DNA of 29,955 bases from Candidatus Rokuibacteriota bacterium (GCA_016184305.1 JACPCX010000135.1:1-29955); one strand, 5' to 3'; counted from the stretch's first letter, positions 9,913 to 18,299 are shown. Notes: generated by a model from the sequence alone, not told the origin. Program-made: numbers and translations.

Positions 9913-10272
9913 GGTTCCCCCTCCATAAATGCCAGTTCGCATCACGCGGCCCCATGCAGCGGGCCTCCAGGACCCCCTGAAAGACCCCAGCGTCGTCGAG
10001 CCGCCGGCCCCGGAGCCCTCCCTCTGGAGCCGAGACCGCCCGGCTCTGATCTGGCCCCTGCGGCGATGCTGCTCCCGGGACAGGGACGTCGTCAAGGCCG
10101 CGTGAGCGGCGCAGACGGCTGCCCTGGCGGCCGTCGCCGTCGATCGAGGAGAACTCTGAGCGGACCGTGAGAGGCCGGCCCGGCCCCCGGCCAGGGGTGA
10201 CAGAGGTGGCCGCGGCGAGGTCGGGCTGCGGCGGGGCCGATCCGGGGGGATCTGGGGCATCGACGTGCACCT

Positions 10273-10323
10273 GGACACCGGGGAGATCCTCGCGATCCGG
10301 GACACGCCGCCGGGAAGCGGCTG
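10273..10323 (+). repeat. 51-bp exact direct repeat, copy 2
   Basis: Identical to 2380-2430. Confidence 0.95.
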
Positions 10324-10402
10324 TGGACAGCTCCTGGACCTCACCCGCTCGCAGAATGGTGACCGTGAGGGCGTCGCGCCGGGTTTCAGGGCGGCCAGTC
10401 AT
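10324..10402 (-). pseudogene. 5' stub of a gene (possibly ornithine cyclodeaminase/mu-crystallin family)
   Basis: Strong RBS GAGGAGG (10407-10413) and ATG at 10402. Reads MTGRPETRRDALTVTILRAGEVQELS, then runs into the 51-bp repeat. Confidence 0.35.
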
Positions 10403-10507
10403 CTCGCCTCCTCACCTGTGTATAACCGGCACGCGCTGCCGGCGATGTCACGCCAGCGCGCCGTGTCGCTGCTCGCCCCTCGGCGAGCTGAGGTGAGCCG
10501 GCGCTCA

Positions 10508-10942
10508 TCAGGCCGTCACGAGCTCAGGCTCCAGGCGAACCGGCGTTGCGAGGGACGCGGAGACGAGGCAGCTCCGCTCGCTCTTCTGGAGGACAGATAG
10601 CGCGCGATCCCGGTCCGTCCCCGGTCGGATCGCGAGCCGCGGTCGCAGCACGATCTCGGTGAACCGGGTGACCCCGTCCTGGCGGTCCACCGTCCCCTCG
10701 CTCGAGAGATCGAGCACCACGAACTCGACACGAGAGGCGTTGGCCACCGCGCGGAGCGTGAACAGGAAGCACGTCTCCACGGCCGCGAGCAGAAGGTGCT
10801 CGGGGCTCCAGGCGTCTCCCGGCCCGTCGAAGTCGAGTGGAGGAGCAGACCGGAGATCGGGCATGCCGCTCGCCGACACGGTGGCGTAGCCGATTGGACC
10901 ACCGGAGAGCCGGACCTCGTAGCGGTGCGGCAGCGGTTTCAT
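10508..10942 (-). CDS. OsmC/Ohr family protein
   Basis: WSPEHLLLAAVETCF...ERSCLVSASL with both Cys present; RBS GAGGAGG. Confidence 0.9.
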   Translation of the reverse strand: MKPLPHRYEVRLSGGPIGYATVSASGMPDLRSAPPLDFDGPGDAWSPEHLLLAAVETCFLFTLRAVANASRVEFVVLDLSSEGTVDRQDGVTRFTEIVLRPRLAIRPGTDRDRALSVLQKSERSCLVSASLATPVRLEPELVTA

Positions 10943-11115
10943 CGAGTCCTCCTCATGTGGGTCGCCGCCGATAGGGTCAGGATGCGCGGCACGACGGCAT
11001 GGACCAGCTCGAGACGCACCGGGACTTGTCGCCGACGCGCGTCCCCGGATAGAAGCAAGAGCACAACATGAACCCTTTCATAGCACAACCAAGCGGGCTA
11101 CTATCAGCCTCGCCG

Positions 11116-11784
11116 ATGACACCGCCACCTGCCGCCACAGCCACCCAGCCGCGCTGGCCCCGAGACGCCCGGGCCGCCTGTGCGTTCACGTTCGACCTCG
11201 ACGCTGAGACGCTCTGGATGGCGCGCGGCATCACCGAGCCCGTGACGCTCTCCCAGGGGCGCTTCGGCCCGGTCGAGGCGCTGCCGCGGATCCTCGATAT
11301 CCTGCGCGGAGCCGACATCCGCTCCTCGTTCTTCATCCCGGCCTGGGTCGCCAGCCACTATCCCGACGCCGTCCGGGCCATCGCCGGCGCGGGGCACGAG
11401 GTGGGCTGCCACGGCGACGAGCACGAGCGAGTGAGCGAGCTGACTCCCGACCGCGAGGAGGCGATCCTCCTCAAGAGCCTCGAGGTGCTGACGCCGCTGG
11501 CGGGCAAGCGCCCCGTGGGCTACCGCGCGCCGGCCTGGCAGTTCTCGGCCAGCACCCTCGGGCTCGTCGCCCGCCACGGCTTCGACTACTCGTCCAACAT
11601 GATGGACAGCCTCGCGCCCTACCTGCACCCGCCCATCGAGGGGCGCTCGCTGGTGGAGATCCCCGTCTCGTGGGTGCTCGACGACGCCCCGTTCTTCATG
11701 TTCACGGGGCAGCGGAGCATCCAGGCGCCGGGGCCTGGGCGAGATCAGCACCCACTGGCGCCAGATCGCCGGCGCCTAGCCTGA
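11116..11784 (+). pseudogene. Polysaccharide deacetylase (CE4, PuuE/HpPgdA-like), 3'-truncated
   Basis: FTFDLD, HEVGCHGDEHE, GYRAPAW, EIPVSWVLDDAPFF. Similarity is lost after about 11735, and the expected C-terminal His-containing strand is absent. Confidence 0.75.
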
Positions 11785-11792
11785 GCGGGGTG

Positions 11793-12290
11793 CTACGGGC
11801 GAGCCCCGGGAACCGCCCGGAAGGGCGGGGCCACCTCGTCGATGAAGCGGTCGAGCACGGGGCGCCGGTAGCAGGGCAGGAACATGGTGGGGATGAAGAG
11901 CATGCCCACCCCCGCCGCGGCGAGGCGGCCGAGCGTGTCGAGGATCTGGCCAGCGCTGCCACCGAGCACCGTGTCGCGCGCCTTGGCCTCGTGGGCGCCG
12001 AGACGGGCCATGTAGAGGCGCTGCGCCTTCTCGATCTTCGCCGGGTCCTCGCTCATCACGAGTGCCATGTTCGCCGAGCGCGGGATGGTGGCGGGATCGC
12101 GCCCGACGGCGGCGCAGTGCCGCTCGAGGATCTTCCCCGTCTGCGCGAGCGTCACGGGCCCTCCCCAGACATTCCAGTGGTCGGCCCAGCACGCCGCGAT
12201 CCGCAGCGTGACCTTCTCGCCGCCGCCGCCGAGCATGAGCTCGGGGTGGGGGCACTGCACGGGCTTGGGCATGAGGGGCGCGTCCTCCAA
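11793..12290 (-). pseudogene. LLM class F420-dependent oxidoreductase, C-terminal fragment
   Basis: DAPLMPKPVQ.PHPELMLGGGGEKVTLRIAA.WADHWN...LERHCAAVGRDPATI...RFIDEVAP. The N-terminal half is missing. Confidence 0.8.
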
Positions 12291-12341
12291 TGGCGACGCC
12301 CTCCGGGAGATGAGTGTGAGTAGCATGGTGGAGGTTGACCG

Positions 12342-13316
12342 ATGGCGCCTGAACCTCCCGAGATCCTCGTCATCCACCCCGGGGCCCTGGGCGACGTGCT
12401 CCAGGCCGTGCCGGCACTCCGCGCGCTCGGGCATCTCGACGGGGGGCGTCACGTCACGCTCGCCGCGCAGCCCCGGCTCGGCCGGCTGCTGGCGGGCCCG
12501 GCCGTGGTGGACGAGGCGCTCTCCTTCGACGGCCTGGGGCTCGAGAGGCTCTTCGCCGACGAGGCCGTACCGGCTATGCTGGCCGCCCGACTCGGCCGCG
12601 CGGGTCGCGTGGTGTCCTGGTTCGGAGCGAGCGACGAGCGTTATCGCGAGCGGCTCAGCGCTCTCGTCCCCTCGGCGGTCATCGCCCCCCCGGTGCCGGA
12701 CAACTCGTTCGCGGGTCCCGTGTGGCAGCACCTGCTCGCGACGCTCGCTCCGTGGGGTGTGGCCGCATCATCCTGCCTCTCGCCGCTGGCCCTCCCGGAG
12801 GCGTGGCGCGCTCTCGCCCGTCATGCCCTCGCCGGGCTCGGCGCCGAGCCGGAGCGCCCGATCCTCGCCGTGCACGCAGGCGCAGGCGCGGCGTGGAAGC
12901 GGTGGCCGGCCGCGGATCTCGCGCAGGTGATCGAGCGCGCGGTCGGGGACACGCGTTGCCAGGTCCTCGTCCACCAGGGCCCGGCGGATCACGAGGCGAC
13001 GACCGAGCTCCACCATGCGCTGCGCGGGCGGGGCGCCGGGCGCGGGGCCCTGCGGCTCGATGAGCCCGACCTTCCGCTTCTGGCAAGCGTCCTCCAGGCC
13101 TCCACCGCGTTCATCGGGGCCGACTCGGGGGTGAGCCATCTAGCCGCATGCGTGGGAACCGCCTCGGTGATCCTGTTCCCGGAGGCCACCCGGGAGCGCT
13201 GGGCGCCTTGGAGCCCCACCGCGCTGCCGCTCCGCGCGCTCCTCCCCGAGGGCGACGTGGACCGGGTCGCGCAGGCCGTCGTCGCGCGGCTTGACTCGTC
13301 ATGGGGTGGCGTCTAG
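12342..13316 (+). CDS. Glycosyltransferase family 9 (heptosyltransferase-like)
   Basis: IHPGALGDVL, HAGAGAAWKRWP, FIGADSGVSHLAA; RBS GGAGG. Confidence 0.92.
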   Translation: MAPEPPEILVIHPGALGDVLQAVPALRALGHLDGGRHVTLAAQPRLGRLLAGPAVVDEALSFDGLGLERLFADEAVPAMLAARLGRAGRVVSWFGASDERYRERLSALVPSAVIAPPVPDNSFAGPVWQHLLATLAPWGVAASSCLSPLALPEAWRALARHALAGLGAEPERPILAVHAGAGAAWKRWPAADLAQVIERAVGDTRCQVLVHQGPADHEATTELHHALRGRGAGRGALRLDEPDLPLLASVLQASTAFIGADSGVSHLAACVGTASVILFPEATRERWAPWSPTALPLRALLPEGDVDRVAQAVVARLDSSWGGV

Positions 13317-13319
13317 ACT
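13291..13319 (+). promoter_or_regulatory. sigma70-type promoter for the CBS gene
   Basis: TTGACT-17 nt-TAGACT inside the 3' end of the GT9 gene. Confidence 0.65.
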
Positions 13320-13407
13320 TCAGCCACCACAGGCGGAGCCGCCCCAGGGGCGGGGCGCCGGGGTGGTGCCGCCCTGGCCCACCCGCGACGGGAGACCGGA
13401 GGGGCAT

Positions 13408-13932
13408 ATGAGCGAGTTCCAGGACGAGTACTCCGAGTCCCTCGAGACCGACTTCCGCAAGCTCGACGGAGCCCTCCTCAACGACACGGTCCAGCTCCTG
13501 GCGCCCAGCGAGCCCATCCGGATCTCCGCCGACGCCTCGGTGCAGGACGCCATCACCCGGATGGTGGACACCCACCGCGCGGCCGTGGTCATCGTGGACG
13601 CCGACGGGCGCCTCATCGGCATCTTCACCGAGCGCGATGTCCTGATCCGGGTGCTGGGCCAGGGGCGCGACGTGGGCAACACGCGGGTCGGCGAGGTGAT
13701 GACGCGCGATCCCGAGGCGCTCTCCGCCCAGGACCGCGTCTGCTACGCGGTGAACCGGATGAACTCCGCCGGCTACCGCACGATCCCCCTGGTGGACGAG
13801 GAGCGGCGGCCCATCGGCATCGTGACGGTCAACGACGTCGTGAAGTGGCTCGCCGAGGTCTTCCCGGAGGCGGTGCTCAACCTGAGGCCCGGCGGCAAGC
13901 TGAAGCATCCCCTGCAGGTGGACTCGGGCTGA
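13408..13932 (+). CDS. CBS domain-pair protein
   Basis: RBS GGAGGGG and ATG at 13408. VIVDADGRLIGIFTERD, VGEVMTRDP, IPLVDEERRPIGIVTVND. Confidence 0.92.
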   Translation: MSEFQDEYSESLETDFRKLDGALLNDTVQLLAPSEPIRISADASVQDAITRMVDTHRAAVVIVDADGRLIGIFTERDVLIRVLGQGRDVGNTRVGEVMTRDPEALSAQDRVCYAVNRMNSAGYRTIPLVDEERRPIGIVTVNDVVKWLAEVFPEAVLNLRPGGKLKHPLQVDSG

Positions 13933-13935
13933 GTC

Positions 13936-14048
13936 GTTCAGCGGCCTGCGACACCCTCCGCCCCAGCAGGTTGCTGAAAAACCCGCAGGCTGCTCAAAAA
14001 GGTCCAGATGCGAGGCGGCGCCCGACGGCCGCACGCGAGGCGTACTCC
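13936..14048. mobile_element. MITE-like palindromic element: stray termini plus left half
   Basis: GTTCAGCGGCCTGC (13936-13949), GCAGGTTGCTGAAAAA (13966-13981), and GCAGGCTGCTCAAAAAGGTCCAGATGCGAGGCGGCGCCCGACGGCCGCACGCGAGGCGTACTC (13985-14047). Confidence 0.65.
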
Positions 14049-14133
14049 GCTTGGCGAGCCCCACCAATTCACACGCGCTGGCTCTTGAGCCTGGCGCCCG
14101 CCCGGACGCGCACCCACACGAACAGGGGTCACC

Positions 14134-14868
14134 GTGCTCATTCACGCCGCGATCGTCCTGCTGGTCGCCGTTGCCATCACCCAGGCGACGGTCTTCGCCA
14201 CATCGATCTATCTCCACCGGACGCTCGCCCACCGCGCGCTCGTGCTGCACCCGCTGGCGGACTGGGGGTGCCGCGCGCTCCTGTGGATCACCACCGGCCA
14301 GAGCTCCCGGGAGTGGGTGGCCGTGCACCGCAAGCATCACACCTTCACGGACCGCGAGGGCGATCCCCACAGCCCCCTCGTCCACGGCTTCTGGAAGGTG
14401 CAGCTCTTCAACGCCTACTACTACGCTCGCGAGGCGCGCAATCGCGAGACCGTGAAGAAGTTCGCGCCGGACATCGCCCGGGACGGCTGGGACCGCTACG
14501 TCTTCGAATGGGGCTGGATGGGGCCGATCCTCGGGACGGCGGCCCTGTGCCTGATGCTGGGCTTCTGGTCGGGGATCATCGCCGGCCTGCTGCACGCCCT
14601 CCTGTACGTCGGGGTGATCGCCCCATCGATCAACGGCCTCAGCCACTGGCGCGGCGCCCAGAACTTCGCCAACACCGCCTACAACCTGCGGGTGCTCGCG
14701 TGGTTCACCGGGGGGGAGAGCCTGCACAACAACCACCATGCCTTCCCGCGAGCGCCGAAGTTCAGCGTGGGGCGCTTCGAGTTCGATCCGTCCTGGGTGG
14801 TGATCCGCTTCGGGGCGGCGCTGCGGCTGATCGGCATCATCGGCGCGACCGCCAAGCTCCCCCAGTAG
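14134..14868 (+). CDS. Membrane fatty acid (acyl-CoA delta-9-type) desaturase
   Basis: His boxes HRTLAHR, HRKHH..TDREGDPHSP and GGESLHNNHHAFP. Confidence 0.93.
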   Translation: MLIHAAIVLLVAVAITQATVFATSIYLHRTLAHRALVLHPLADWGCRALLWITTGQSSREWVAVHRKHHTFTDREGDPHSPLVHGFWKVQLFNAYYYAREARNRETVKKFAPDIARDGWDRYVFEWGWMGPILGTAALCLMLGFWSGIIAGLLHALLYVGVIAPSINGLSHWRGAQNFANTAYNLRVLAWFTGGESLHNNHHAFPRAPKFSVGRFEFDPSWVVIRFGAALRLIGIIGATAKLPQ

Positions 14869-14883
14869 CACCCGGGGGCGCGC

Positions 14884-14972
14884 CGGCCGCCCGCGCCACG
14901 TACTCTCTTTACGTTGAGCGTGCGGCCGTGGGCGCCACACCTCCGCAGATGGGCCCCTGTTCAGCGGCCTGC
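14884..14972. mobile_element. MITE-like palindromic element, right half
   Basis: CGTACTCTCTTTACGTTGAGCGTGCGGCCGTGGGCGCC...GCAGATGGGCCCCTGTTCAGCGGCCTGC. 14918-14936 is the reverse complement of 14017-14036 (one indel). 14959-14972 is identical to 13936-13949. Confidence 0.65.
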
Positions 14973-15262
14973 TACGACTCGGGGGCGTTCTCCGCGGCCG
15001 CCTCGGTCAGCAGGATCCAGTCGTCGGGCTCTGCCGGATCGGGGCGACTCCCTGTCGGGCTGGTGACGGTCCGGCTCCGGCTCGGCGAGAACCACTCCCA
15101 GACCCCCTGCGGCACCACGGCCTCGGGCGCCTCCCCCATCTCCGGCCCCGTCTGGCCGGCTTCGGTGCGCTCGGTCTTGCGCTGGCGCTTCGCGTCTTGC
15201 TTCGCGCGCCGCAGCTGATCCCTCCGGCGGCGCTCGAATCCGTAGTTGGCGCGGGCGGTCAT
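14972..15262 (-). CDS. Small hypothetical protein with basic N-terminal helix
   Basis: MTARANYGFERRRRDQLRRAKQDAKRQRK...WEWFSPSR...DDWILL; GC3-rich codons. Confidence 0.7.
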   Translation of the reverse strand: MTARANYGFERRRRDQLRRAKQDAKRQRKTERTEAGQTGPEMGEAPEAVVPQGVWEWFSPSRSRTVTSPTGSRPDPAEPDDWILLTEAAAENAPES

Positions 15263-15381
15263 GGATGCGTCGCGGGAGCGATCCGACGAGGTGGGCACGC
15301 GTGCATCGTCAACTCCTGGTGGTGATACTGCCGCGTGAAGGCCAATGCGTCCGATCGGCTTCGACCAGACAGAACATGCGA

Positions 15382-15410
15382 AGTGTACACGAAGGGCGCG
15401 GGGATTGCGA
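15382..15410 (-). promoter_or_regulatory. sigma70-type promoter
   Basis: TCGCAA-17 nt-TACACT on the minus strand, upstream of the 15262 gene. Confidence 0.5.
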
Positions 15411-15421
15411 GGGCCAGGGGG

Positions 15422-15625
15422 TCATGTGTGGATCCGCGCCTCGGGCACCTCGACCCGCTTGATGCCCTTGAAGCTGAACACGAGGTCCACGAGATAGACC
15501 GGCGGGTCGGCCGAGACCTGCCGCACGATGGTGCCGAGGGCCTTCTGGACGTTCTGGCTGAAGGCCACGCCCTGGACGATGAGCCCCGAGAGATCCACGG
15601 TCACCCGCTGATCGGGCTCGAACAT
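15422..15625 (-). CDS. Small hypothetical protein (67 aa, beta-rich)
   Basis: RBS GGAGGAG and ATG at 15625. MFEPDQRVTVDLSG...VYLVDLVFSFKGIKRVEVPEARIHT. Confidence 0.75.
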   Translation of the reverse strand: MFEPDQRVTVDLSGLIVQGVAFSQNVQKALGTIVRQVSADPPVYLVDLVFSFKGIKRVEVPEARIHT

Positions 15626-15651
15626 GATGCTCCTCCCCGCGCCCGCCCCGA

Positions 15652-16962
15652 TCAGAGGAAGCCGGGGCGCGGCTTCGGCGCCTGGGTCGGGTCCAGCTCG
15701 CGCGTCCCCGGCAGCGGGCCCGTCGAAGTCCAGTAGCGCGTGCCCGCCACGATCAGGGTCTCGGCGGGGAAGCGCGTGAGCACCTCGTGCCCCGTCTCCG
15801 TGACCAGGATTTCCTCCTCGATGCGCGCGGCCGACCAGCCGTCGGAGGCGGGCCAGAAGTTCTCCAGCGCGAAGACCATGCCGGCCTCGAGCGCCACGGG
15901 GTGATCGAGGGAAACGAGGCGGCTCATGACGGGCTGCTCCCAGATGGACAGGCCAACCCCATGCCCGTACTGCAGCCCGAAGCAGGCCTCCTCGTCCGGG
16001 AACCCGAACTCCTGGGCGCGGGGCCACGTGGCGGCGATGTCCGCCGTGGTGACGCCGGGCTTGACCATGGCGATCGCCGTGTCCAGCAGATCGCGGCAGC
16101 GCTTGTAGGCGTCCACCATGGCGGGCGAGGCGCTCCCCACGGCGAACGTACGGTAGTAGCACGTGCGGTAGCCCATGTAGGAGTGCAGGATGTCGAAGTA
16201 CGCGGGGTCGCCCGGCCGCAGCACGCGATCCGAGAAGACGTGCGGGTGCGGGTTGCAGCGCTCTCCGGCGATGGCGTTGACGGCCTCGACATCTTCGGAG
16301 CCGAGGTCGTAGAGCGTCTTGGCGGCGATGCCCACCAGCTCGTTCTCGCGGATCCCCGGCTTGAGGGCGCGGTAGAGCTCCTCGTAGGCGGCGTCCACCA
16401 TCATGGCCGACGTGTTGAGCAGGATGATCTCATCCCGCGTCTTGATCCGCCGCGCCGTCTGCATGAGCTGCTGGCCGTCCACGACGCGGATCCCCTCCTT
16501 CTGCAGCGCCTCCAGGATCGGCAGCTCGATCACATCCACGCCGAGCGGCTCGCGGTGGAGCCCCCGCGCCTCCAGCTCCCGCTTGATCTTCCGCGCCAGG
16601 TCCTCGGCCCGTCCCATCTCGGGCGTCATGGCGCCGCGCAGGAGCGAGATGCCCGCGCGCGAGCGGTCGCCGAGCCACGGGCAGTGGAGCTGGTGGTGGC
16701 GGGCCGCCGACCCGAAGTCCCACATGATGGGCTCGTCGCCCCGCGGCAGGAGCGTGAAGCGCGAGAGCTTGTCGCGGGCCCACTCGCCGATGGTGGTGCT
16801 GGTGATGTAGCGGATATTGTACATGTCGAAGCAGAGGAGGCCGCCCAGCTCCGATCGGTCAAGCGCCCCCCGCACGCGGGCGAGGCGCTCGCTCCGCAGC
16901 CGGTCGAAGTTCACGCGCTCTTCCCAGTCCACGCTCATGGTCCCGTAGGTCGGCAGCGTCAT
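15652..16962 (-). CDS. M24 (Xaa-Pro peptidase/creatinase) fold hydrolase, atypical
   Basis: ATG at 16962 overlaps the upstream stop. NIRYITS, YFDILHSYMGYRTCYYRTF, YGHGVGL, GMVFALE, ARIEEEILVTETGHEVLTRFP. Confidence 0.9.
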   Translation of the reverse strand: MTLPTYGTMSVDWEERVNFDRLRSERLARVRGALDRSELGGLLCFDMYNIRYITSTTIGEWARDKLSRFTLLPRGDEPIMWDFGSAARHHQLHCPWLGDRSRAGISLLRGAMTPEMGRAEDLARKIKRELEARGLHREPLGVDVIELPILEALQKEGIRVVDGQQLMQTARRIKTRDEIILLNTSAMMVDAAYEELYRALKPGIRENELVGIAAKTLYDLGSEDVEAVNAIAGERCNPHPHVFSDRVLRPGDPAYFDILHSYMGYRTCYYRTFAVGSASPAMVDAYKRCRDLLDTAIAMVKPGVTTADIAATWPRAQEFGFPDEEACFGLQYGHGVGLSIWEQPVMSRLVSLDHPVALEAGMVFALENFWPASDGWSAARIEEEILVTETGHEVLTRFPAETLIVAGTRYWTSTGPLPGTRELDPTQAPKPRPGFL

Positions 16963-17870
16963 GTCTGGTCCTCCGTCGTCGGTTTTGGGCTCGGGCGTGA
17001 GCCGCTGAGGTGAGCCAGCACGTCGAAGACCACCGCGAAATCGTGGCGGCCGAGGCCGAGGCCCTGCGCGGCGGTGAGCATCTCCCCGGTGAGCGCGGTC
17101 GTGGGCAGCGGCACGCCCAGCCGCCGCCCGAGATCGAGCGCGAGCCCCAGGTCCTTCTGCATCATGCCCACGTCGAACCACGCCTCGGCGGGCATGCCGA
17201 GAACGAATGGGCCGCGATACTTGACCATCGGCGAGGCGATGACGCTCCGGAGCAGCACCTCCACGGCCCGCTCGCGCGCGATGCCGGCCTTCTCGGCCAG
17301 CAGCACGGCCTCGCTGAACGCCGCCATCTGCACCGCGAGCCCCAGGTTGGTGGCGATCTTCATCGTGACGGCCAGCCCGAGGGCGCCCACGTGGGTGATG
17401 GTGGGGCCGATGGCCGCGAGGTACGGGCGCACGCGGTCGAGCACCGCCGGCTCGCCCCCGACCATGAACGAGAGCTGGCCCTGCTCGAGGGTCGCGACGC
17501 TGCCGGAGACGGGGGCGTCCAGCATCGCCGCGCCGCGGGCGGCGACTTGCGCCCCCAGCGCGCGGATGGCCTCGGGGCTCACCGTGCTCATCTCCACGTA
17601 CACCGCGCCCGGGCGCAGCCCCGTGAGGATGCCGTCGGCGCCCCCGGTCACCGCGGCCAGCGCCTTCGTGTCGGTGACCATGCTGAAGACGACCTCGCCG
17701 GCCTCGGCGACCTCACGGGGGGAGCCGGCCACCTTCATCCCGGCTTCCGCCAGCCACTGCGCCTTGGCGGGGGTCCGGTTGTAGCCGACGACGGGAAAGC
17801 GGGCGTCGAGGAGCCGCTTCACCATGCGGCCGCCCATGGCCCCCAGCCCGACCCAGCCCAGGGTCGTCAC
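16959..17870 (-). CDS. beta-hydroxyacid dehydrogenase (3-hydroxyisobutyrate dehydrogenase family)
   Basis: GWVGLGAMG, DAPVSGS, KIATN (catalytic Lys), MMQKDL. Confidence 0.93.
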   Translation of the reverse strand: MTTLGWVGLGAMGGRMVKRLLDARFPVVGYNRTPAKAQWLAEAGMKVAGSPREVAEAGEVVFSMVTDTKALAAVTGGADGILTGLRPGAVYVEMSTVSPEAIRALGAQVAARGAAMLDAPVSGSVATLEQGQLSFMVGGEPAVLDRVRPYLAAIGPTITHVGALGLAVTMKIATNLGLAVQMAAFSEAVLLAEKAGIARERAVEVLLRSVIASPMVKYRGPFVLGMPAEAWFDVGMMQKDLGLALDLGRRLGVPLPTTALTGEMLTAAQGLGLGRHDFAVVFDVLAHLSGSRPSPKPTTEDQT

Positions 17871-18299
17871 TCAGGCCTCCGCCACCGCGATGGCGCTGAT
17901 CTCGAGCTTGCAGCGCGGGTGGGTCGCCAGCCGCGACACCTCCACCGTCGTGGTGGTCGGCAGGTGGCCGGCGAGGTACTCGGCCCACACCCGGTTGAGC
18001 TCGTCCTGCTCGCCGACATCCGTGAGATAGCGCGTGGCGGAGACGAGGTCCGCCAGCGTGCAGCCGGCCGCGGCGAGCGTCTTCTTGAGGTTCTCCATGG
18101 CGAGCACTGCCTGCTCGCGCATGGTCGAGGGCAGGTCGAACTCCTCGTCGCGGTGGGGATGGCTGTGATAGACGGGCGCCGCGGTCACACCCGAGAGGAA
18201 CACGAGCCGCCCCTGGGCGACCAGGATCCCTGGCGCATACGGCATGACCACGTCGGTACGGCGGTCATGGTGGTGCACGAGGGAGAGCCGTTTGGCCAT
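17871..18299 (-). CDS. Rid (YjgF/YER057c/UK114) family protein
   Basis: PYAPGI, VFLSGVT, QAVLAMENLKKTLAAAG, PTTTTVEVSRL, KLEISAIA. Start at the ATG at 18299. Confidence 0.9.
   Translation of the reverse strand: MAKRLSLVHHHDRRTDVVMPYAPGILVAQGRLVFLSGVTAAPVYHSHPHRDEEFDLPSTMREQAVLAMENLKKTLAAAGCTLADLVSATRYLTDVGEQDELNRVWAEYLAGHLPTTTTVEVSRLATHPRCKLEISAIAVAEA

Noticed and set aside
9913..10344. Extended N-terminus of the TAXI protein (471-aa ORF)
   Set aside because: The signal peptide and RBS place the start at 9912. The upstream frame is low-complexity and crosses the repeat.
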